A DNA stretch of 64,000 nt from Planctomycetaceae bacterium. GTDB lineage: Bacteria > Planctomycetota > Planctomycetia > Pirellulales > Pirellulaceae. Location of the stretch: the NCBI GenBank assembly GCA_016795075.1, contig JAEUIP010000001.1:20608-84607 (forward strand), given 5' to 3'. The number at the start of each line of letters is the position of its first letter. Position 1 is the first letter of the stretch. The notes beneath the pieces were generated by a model that did no database searches, had not been told where the DNA came from, and saw nothing but the letters and a program-made list of their open reading frames with translations. This document shows positions 58,022 through 64,000 of this stretch, piece after piece. Position numbers and translations under genes: made by a program.

Positions 58022-59512
58022 ATGGAACTTCGTTGGTTAAAATGGACAAGTTTGTTTTTTCGCCTAATCCTAATTTTTGGCGGGCTTTCGAACCTTGCCA
58101 CGGGACAGGCTCAGGTCGAACGAGCCGAATTGGGGAAAAGGCTCCAACGATTGGAGCTCCAATGGGCCCAAAGCTCGCCGGCTCAGCAGGCCGCCGTTGC
58201 CGCACCCATGCAAGAAGCCGTGAGCAGCTTTTTTTCCCTGCGTTTGTTGCGAGCCGCAGAAAAATTAGATGAAGCCTGGTGGATCGCCCGAGACGCGACA
58301 CCTTCCGGCACCGAACGAACCGTGATTGGTCATCGAGTCCATGTTGCTGAACTTCTGGCCGAAGCCGCTTCATCGACCATTCCGGTCAAGCTCGTCCCGT
58401 TTTATACCACTGATGAGGCGTTAGATGACGCGGCCGTGGAGTTTTCCATCACCGCCGCTCCAACGACTTTGCCAATTCAACGACCGGCGAATACGGAGCA
58501 GATTGGTCAAACGGTCGGGTTTTCCTGGAAAGAGGCGATCGCTGGCGTTGCTTTGGATGTTTCCGCTTTACCGGAAGGTGATTACGAAGTGAGGACCTTG
58601 GTGCGTTTGGGCGACAAATCACTGGAGCTCTTGCCAGCAGGATGGTCGCGGATTCGCGATGCTCGCGCCCGGGTGGAACAGGTGCGTAAAAGTTGGGAGG
58701 AACAAGAGGACAACTTGCCACCATGGATCAGGGCAACAATCCAAGATCAACTGCGAATCCTAAACGCACTTCTTGAAGGTGAAGCTCAAGAAGTGGACTA
58801 CCCCGCCCAGCATCAGCTCGTGATGTGCGAAAAAATGCTGGCCCAGCCGGAATCCGCCGCCCATCTGATTCGTGAAACCGCTCAAACACGAGACGTTTGG
58901 CTGACTGTGGCGGAGGGGCGCAAGAAAGTAGCGCTGCGACTCCGTGCTCCCCGTCCTGTCGATACTACCGCACCCATGCCTGTGTTGTTCCTGTTTCATG
59001 GAGCGGGAGGCAGCGAAAACATGTTCTTTGAAACCTATGGCGCTGGTGGTGCGGTCGCAGCTGGACTGCAACGTGGTTGGTTGGTCGTTGCGACTCGGCA
59101 AGGACTGACGGGACTGTCGTTAGATGCCAAACAGATATTGGATTCGCTCCAGCCAATATTTCCGATGGATCGAGACCAAGTTTATTTCATGGGGCATTCG
59201 ATGGGCGCAGGACAGGTAGCCACGCAGGTTGGTTTGCATCCCACGTTGCCGCGCGCGGTCGTTGCGATCGGTGGCGGTGGTCGTCCACGTGCGTTAGAAG
59301 CGGCGTCTCAGATTCCCTGGTTTATCGCCGCCGGAAGTTTGGACTTCGGCAAGTCTGGCGCTAAAAGCCTCAGTCAAAACCTGAAACGAGCGGGCGGCCA
59401 ACAAATCGTTTATCGCGAATACCCAGATGTCGAACACATGGTCATCGTGCAAGCCGCTCTACCGGAGGCGTTCGACTTTCTAGACAAAGTCGCGCACCCG
59501 AAACAGCCGTGA
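58022..59512 (+). CDS. secreted alpha/beta hydrolase (esterase-like) with N-terminal helical domain
   Basis: The signal peptide is MELRWLKWTSLFFRLILIFGGLSNLATGQA. LFLFHGAGGSENMFF (oxyanion region) and the nucleophile elbow GHSMGAG are present. The start is at ATG 58022, because the ORF-track start at 57968 lies inside the hairpin array. Confidence 0.75.
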   Translation: MELRWLKWTSLFFRLILIFGGLSNLATGQAQVERAELGKRLQRLELQWAQSSPAQQAAVAAPMQEAVSSFFSLRLLRAAEKLDEAWWIARDATPSGTERTVIGHRVHVAELLAEAASSTIPVKLVPFYTTDEALDDAAVEFSITAAPTTLPIQRPANTEQIGQTVGFSWKEAIAGVALDVSALPEGDYEVRTLVRLGDKSLELLPAGWSRIRDARARVEQVRKSWEEQEDNLPPWIRATIQDQLRILNALLEGEAQEVDYPAQHQLVMCEKMLAQPESAAHLIRETAQTRDVWLTVAEGRKKVALRLRAPRPVDTTAPMPVLFLFHGAGGSENMFFETYGAGGAVAAGLQRGWLVVATRQGLTGLSLDAKQILDSLQPIFPMDRDQVYFMGHSMGAGQVATQVGLHPTLPRAVVAIGGGGRPRALEAASQIPWFIAAGSLDFGKSGAKSLSQNLKRAGGQQIVYREYPDVEHMVIVQAALPEAFDFLDKVAHPKQP

Positions 59513-59621
59513 GGTTCAACCAAATCCATACTTCCAGGCTGAGGTGCTGGACACTTGATTCACCGAACGAGAAAATCCAGACGTATGGCGCCGCTGGCTT
59601 GTTGATGAATGCAGGAACCTG

Positions 59622-60740
59622 ATGACTTGGTCGTGGATTGGTGTGGACGAAGCAGGGTATGGAGCCAGGCTGGGACCGATGGTGGTTTCGGCCTCGTGGT
59701 GGCAAATCGACTCCGCCGAATGGAATCCTAAGTCCTTGCGCGATGCGGATTTCTTGCAGAAAATCGATGGTTGGTCTTGGCAGTCTCAATTTGCCGCCAA
59801 GGCTGTTGGCGCTGTCGAGCATTCGCCCCCACATTTGGTCGCCGATTCGAAAAAGGTTTACCAATCAGGCCAAGGATTGAATAAACTCGCGCGGATCGTC
59901 ACGTCTTTGTTGCATGCGATCGAACAGGCAAGAACTCCGAGCCCACCCGGGACTCGGACGAAACGCGCTGACCTCAACGAGCTCAGCGATCACGGGACCG
60001 ACGAACGGCCCACGGACGCGAGCGAACTTCACGCGGCTTGGTTATCGGCCAGTGAAGCCTACGCCGGTCATGCGCGGCGCGTTCAACCGCACGATCCTGA
60101 CTCGTGGCCTTATTGGTTGACGGCGTCATGTCGTGAGGGATCGTCGCCGTCGTGGGCAAACGATCCGGCGGACCTCAGCAGCGAGGCAAACGCTTGGGCC
60201 TCAACCACGGTTCGTCCCAGTGGTTTGTTCAGTGCCCTGGTTTCGGAACATGAATTCAACCAAGGCTTGATCCAGCATGGCAACAAAGCTCATCTGTTAT
60301 CGGCCACCAGCTTGCTGTTGGCGAATCATGTCTTGCAGCTTTGTCCAGCCGGTCAAACGGTGGTCATCGACTTTGATCGACACGGTGGTCGCAAACGCTA
60401 TCTACCGCTGTTGGTGGAACACTTTGCAGCGGACTGGCCGCAGGTTTTGGGCGAGACAGAACGCGAGAGCAGTTACCTGTGGGAAGCCGGGGACCGGCGC
60501 GTCTTCTTTCGCTTTACGGTCGATGGCGAGCAACGCTATCCGGTGGCCGCCGCAAGTCTTGCCAGCAAATACGCGCGGGAACTTGGCATGCATTGTGTGA
60601 ATACTTTTTGGCAACGATTGATTCCCAACTTGCCCGCGTCCGCAGGGTACCCGGTCGACGCCGCTCGGATGTTGGCCGAAATGCAATCCGCCATTCAACC
60701 GCTACCGGTTCCCCTTGCGGAGCTTTGGCGAAACGCTTAG
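59622..60740 (+). CDS. RNase HII-like protein with large insertions
   Basis: IGVDEAGYGARLGPMVV (DEAG motif), VADSKKVY (DSKKL motif), VVIDFDRHGG, VDGEQRYPVAAASLASKYAR (compare GDSRVPEISAASILAKVTR in E. coli RnhB) and SAGYPVD (GYP motif) all occur in the canonical order, but spread over 372 aa. Confidence 0.6.
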   Translation: MTWSWIGVDEAGYGARLGPMVVSASWWQIDSAEWNPKSLRDADFLQKIDGWSWQSQFAAKAVGAVEHSPPHLVADSKKVYQSGQGLNKLARIVTSLLHAIEQARTPSPPGTRTKRADLNELSDHGTDERPTDASELHAAWLSASEAYAGHARRVQPHDPDSWPYWLTASCREGSSPSWANDPADLSSEANAWASTTVRPSGLFSALVSEHEFNQGLIQHGNKAHLLSATSLLLANHVLQLCPAGQTVVIDFDRHGGRKRYLPLLVEHFAADWPQVLGETERESSYLWEAGDRRVFFRFTVDGEQRYPVAAASLASKYARELGMHCVNTFWQRLIPNLPASAGYPVDAARMLAEMQSAIQPLPVPLAELWRNA

Positions 60741-61031
60741 GTAAAGCAGCACCGACGCTGCGTTTGCGTTATGCCTAGTCCGGTATTGAGATCCGTGGCA
60801 AGTAAAAAGCCTGTCGTTAAACCCTTCATGCCTAGCAGGCTGTGCCGGGTTGAAGCGACTCGTTTCATCGCTGCATGCTCCCTATCATTTGCGGTGCGGC
60901 GCGTAAAATCACGGGCGCAGCATCCGGCACCTCACGACTTCGCTCGAGTCGGCTTTACATTCGGATAGACGACGACGAAGATAAGCCTTTGGCGGCAGTT
61001 TGCAGGTGATTCTAACCCACGTAGGCGATCC

Positions 61032-61868
61032 ATGGTTTCCGACCGTCCAGCCACTTCGCCCCACTCGGCCAGCAACCCAGGGGACTTGGGTGCAAACAGA
61101 CCCATGTTATCGCCGCTTCAAGTTTGGGATTTGACCGTCGCGTACCAACGAACACCGGTGCTGTGGGATGTCGCGTTCCAAGTCGAACCCGCATCGCTGG
61201 TGGCCGTGGTTGGTCCGAACGGAGCCGGAAAGAGCACCTTGCTACGTGCGATACTGAATTTGATTCCTCGGACCAGCGGGAAGATCCAAATATTTGGCGA
61301 CGAGTTCTCGGCCCAACGGCGTCGCGTGGGTTACGTGCCGCAACGCGAAAGCGTGGACTGGGACTTTCCGGTCAGCGTCCTCGATGTCGTGACTATGGGC
61401 CTCTATCGAGAAATTGGTTGGTTGTGGCCTGTCCGCAAACAGCACCGGGCTAGGGCGATGGAAGCATTGAACCAAGTCGGCATCGCGGACTTGGCTCATC
61501 GGCAGATTAGTCACCTGTCGGGCGGTCAACAACAGCGCACGTTTTTGGCGCGGGCCTTGGCTCAGAACGCGGATTTGTATTTGATGGACGAACCGTTGGC
61601 AGCCGTGGACGCCGCGACCGAACTCGCGATCATCCAGCAACTGCGAGCGATGAAACAACAGGGCAAGACCTGTGTCGTCATTCATCATGACTTACAAACC
61701 GTGCCCGAGTATTTCGACAGTGTCTTGTTGCTGAACATGCGAGTCGTCGCCAGCGGTCCCGTCGCTGAAGTGTTCACACCGGAAAACTTGCAGAAAACTT
61801 ATGGTGGTCGTTTGACGTTGTTGGATGAGGTCTCCTCAGCGATGCGACGGCAGGAGAAATTGCTGTGA
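61032..61868 (+). CDS. metal (Mn/Zn/Fe) ABC transporter ATP-binding protein (TroB/ZnuC/YtgB-like)
   Basis: Walker A is [11 protein letters not shown], the signature is LSGGQQQR and Walker B is LYLMDEP. It is followed by ABC-3 type permeases. The start may instead be the ATG at 61104. Confidence 0.9.
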   Translation: MVSDRPATSPHSASNPGDLGANRPMLSPLQVWDLTVAYQRTPVLWDVAFQVEPASLVAVVGPNGAGKSTLLRAILNLIPRTSGKIQIFGDEFSAQRRRVGYVPQRESVDWDFPVSVLDVVTMGLYREIGWLWPVRKQHRARAMEALNQVGIADLAHRQISHLSGGQQQRTFLARALAQNADLYLMDEPLAAVDAATELAIIQQLRAMKQQGKTCVVIHHDLQTVPEYFDSVLLLNMRVVASGPVAEVFTPENLQKTYGGRLTLLDEVSSAMRRQEKLL

Positions 61869-63250
61869 TCGGTCCGAGTGTCGCGTGGGTCGCCACCGAA
61901 ACCAGCGAAGAATGGCTCGTCGCGTTGTGGCGACTACTTACCTTAGCCGATTACAATTCCCGAGTTGTGATTTTGGGGACGGCCTTGTTGGGTTGCGCCG
62001 CGGGGGTCGTGGGAAGCTTCACACTATTGCGCAAACGAGCGCTGGTGGGTGATGCAATCAGCCATGCGATGTTACCGGGATTGGGAATCGCATTCTTGGC
62101 TGCCACCCTGAGTGGTGGTGACGGCCGATCGCTACCAATTTTGTTGACGGGCGCCACGATCTCTGGCTTGATCGGAGCCGCAGCGATTCTGGGACTGCGT
62201 TCCACTTGGCGATTGAGCGAAGACGCCGCGTTCGGGATTGTCTTGAGCGTTTTTTTTGGAGCAGGTGTCGCGTTGCTCGGCGTGATCCAAAGCTTGGAAG
62301 CGGGACACGCGGCCGGATTGGAAGGATTCATCTACGGCAAGACGGCTTCCTTGAGTTGGACGGATTTGATGGCGATCATCTCGGCGGCGGCGGTGGCCTT
62401 GCTGCTGTGTGCGATGTACTTCAAGGAACTCGCTTTATTGTGCTTTGATCAAGCGTATGCCGAATCACAAGGTTATTCCAAATGGTGGCTGGATGGGCTG
62501 CTCATGTCTTTGGTGGTGGGTATTGCGATCACCGGCATGCAGGCGGTTGGTTTGATCCTGGTGATTGCCTTGTTGATTATCCCGGCCGCTGCGGCAAGAT
62601 TTTGGACGCATCGTCTGTCGCGGCAAGTTTTGATTTCGGCCGGAATTGGGATGGCGGGGTGTTTTGGTGGTGGCATGGCCAGTGCTTTACTTCCCAATTT
62701 ACCGGCCGGCGCCGTCATTATTCTAGCTTGTGCGATTCTGTTTCTGTTCAGCCTTATGTTTGGAAGCGCGCAAGGCATGGTTTGGCGAGCCATTCGACGC
62801 TGGCAGTGGCAACAAATCATGTTGCGGCAACATCTTCTCCGGGCCGTTTACGAACAAGCGGAAACTAAAACCAGTGGGCCCGAAATCGCGGGAGATTTCG
62901 AGGTTCGCATCGACGTCGCGGACTTGATGATTTCGCGTTCTTGGTCCAAGCCGTTGCTAGAGCGATTGGTGGACGATGCCCAGCGTGAAGGCTTGGTCAC
63001 GCGAATTGGCTTCCAGGTGGCGCTCAGTCGATCGGGCTGGGTTCAAGCAAAACGACTGACCCACCAACATCGGTTGTGGGAGATGTACTTGATCACGCAC
63101 GCCGATGTGGCACTTCAACAGGTCGACCGGTTGGCGGACGACATCGAACATGTGCTCGAACCGTCGATCATTCATGAGTTAGAACAATTGGTCCAAGGTC
63201 GAACCGTCGAGGTCGCCAAGAGCCCCCACCAACTTCCGGAGCCAAGCTAA
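61865..63250 (+). CDS. ABC-3 family metal transporter permease fused to a C-terminal DtxR/MntR-like repressor domain (YtgC-YtgR-like)
   Basis: Residues 1 to about 300 are a polytopic ABC-3 permease ([17 protein letters not shown]...). The C-terminal ~150 aa read ...[80 protein letters not shown], which is a winged HTH plus the R-x-H-R-L-x-E-x-[FY]-L and EH elements of DtxR-family regulators. There is a GTGA start/stop overlap with the ATPase gene. Confidence 0.85.
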   Translation: MIGPSVAWVATETSEEWLVALWRLLTLADYNSRVVILGTALLGCAAGVVGSFTLLRKRALVGDAISHAMLPGLGIAFLAATLSGGDGRSLPILLTGATISGLIGAAAILGLRSTWRLSEDAAFGIVLSVFFGAGVALLGVIQSLEAGHAAGLEGFIYGKTASLSWTDLMAIISAAAVALLLCAMYFKELALLCFDQAYAESQGYSKWWLDGLLMSLVVGIAITGMQAVGLILVIALLIIPAAAARFWTHRLSRQVLISAGIGMAGCFGGGMASALLPNLPAGAVIILACAILFLFSLMFGSAQGMVWRAIRRWQWQQIMLRQHLLRAVYEQAETKTSGPEIAGDFEVRIDVADLMISRSWSKPLLERLVDDAQREGLVTRIGFQVALSRSGWVQAKRLTHQHRLWEMYLITHADVALQQVDRLADDIEHVLEPSIIHELEQLVQGRTVEVAKSPHQLPEPS

Positions 63251-64000
63251 TGGGATTGGACGGATGGATCTGGGCATTGGACGGGTGGATCCTGGTTGCG
63301 GCGGTGCTGTGCGCGGTGTCCTGCTCGCTGTTGGGGAATTTTTTGGTCCTGCGTGGAACCAGCATGTTGGGTGATGCGATCTCGCATGCGGTGCTACCAG
63401 GTTTGGCCGTCGCGTTTTGGATCTCCGGCAGCCGGAGTGGAACCGGAATGTTTGTAGCTGCGGTGGCGGCGGCGGTCGTGACCGTGTTCTTGATTGAGAC
63501 CTTGCGTCGATCCGCCGGCGTGGATCGTGGTGCTTCGATGGGTGTTGTGTTTACCGCGATGTTTGCACTAGGCATGATCATGATTGTCCAAGTGGCCGAT
63601 CATGTCGACTTGGATCCCAACTGCGTGTTGTATGGTTCCATCGAATTGACGCCGTTGGATCAATGGGAGATCGCGGGTTGGTTGATCCCCAAAGCGGTCG
63701 TCACACTTGGAGTAACGCTATTGCTCAACGGTCTGTTTGTGGCGTTGTTTTACAAGGAACTGTTGCTGACTACCTTCGACAGCGATTTGGCCGACTCGAT
63801 GGGTTTCTCGTCCCAGGTGATACACTATGGCTTGATGACACTGGTGGCGATCACGGCCGTGGCTAGTTTCGAAAGTGTCGGTAGCGTCTTGGTCGTGGCC
63901 ATGATGGTGGTACCACCGGCTTCGGCATTGATGATGACCGACCGCCTATCCGGAATGTTGGCCTGGAGCGCAGGCCTCGCCGCATTGGCGGCCATCATGG
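63250..64000 (+). CDS. second ABC-3 family metal transporter permease (TroD/YtgD-like), 3' end outside window
   Basis: This ORF is not in the ORF track because it has no stop in the window. My translation from ATG 63250 (TAATG overlap) is [57 protein letters not shown]..., and the frame stays open to nt 64000. Confidence 0.85.
   Translation, partial: MGLDGWIWALDGWILVAAVLCAVSCSLLGNFLVLRGTSMLGDAISHAVLPGLAVAFWISGSRSGTGMFVAAVAAAVVTVFLIETLRRSAGVDRGASMGVVFTAMFALGMIMIVQVADHVDLDPNCVLYGSIELTPLDQWEIAGWLIPKAVVTLGVTLLLNGLFVALFYKELLLTTFDSDLADSMGFSSQVIHYGLMTLVAITAVASFESVGSVLVVAMMVVPPASALMMTDRLSGMLAWSAGLAALAAIM

Noticed and set aside
60741-61031. A DtxR/MntR-type operator or Mn/Zn riboswitch upstream of the metal ABC operon
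   Set aside because: I saw only short hairpins (GCAGC-N6-GCTGC, CGACT-N7-AGTCG, AGCCTG-N22-CAGGCT). There is no 19-bp TTAGGTTAGCCTAACCTAA-like palindrome and no yybP-ykoY core. This cannot be decided by eye.

Overview
This 64-kb chromosomal window contains no rRNA, tRNA or CRISPR that I could see. Its gene content points to a Planctomycetota genome, Pirellulaceae/Rhodopirellula-like. The pointers are a PVC-type heme-binding giant protein, DUF1080 proteins, a giant protein with an N-terminal ...LEDRRVLSA motif, an ECF sigma/Ser-Thr kinase pair, and two groEL copies. About 55 protein-coding genes are supportable. Left to right they are:
- caspase-like and trypsin-like proteases;
- an ECF sigma factor plus a kinase carrying an anti-sigma (HxxxCxxC) domain;
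- a pilC/pilB-type pair;
- a heat-shock supercluster (Spy-like gene, groEL-groES-groEL, dnaJ, grpE, FmdB zinc ribbon, yacG);
- two tandem thioredoxin-fold genes, each interrupted by an in-frame TGA exactly at the catalytic Cys position and followed by a conserved hairpin (predicted selenoproteins that the ORF track splits in two);
- queE, a 1490-aa heme-binding protein, acnA, fdhD, a ZIP transporter and fumarylacetoacetase;
- a ParD/ParE module whose toxin is inactivated by a nonsense codon;
- a 1445-aa SdrD-B/FG-GAP protein, then WD40, PAP2, lactonase and metalloprotease genes;
- two tandem membrane GTPases;
- an RNase HII-like protein with large insertions;
- a metal ABC importer whose first permease is fused to a DtxR-like repressor (YtgCR-like).
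The non-coding DNA is unusually rich in nested palindromic repeats. There is a ~140-bp MITE-like family (4 copies), two further hairpin-repeat families, and a ~1-kb gene-free, structure-rich gap (54112-55109). All calls come from reading translations and motifs by eye with no database search. Family names are therefore recollection-based, and start codons are approximate.
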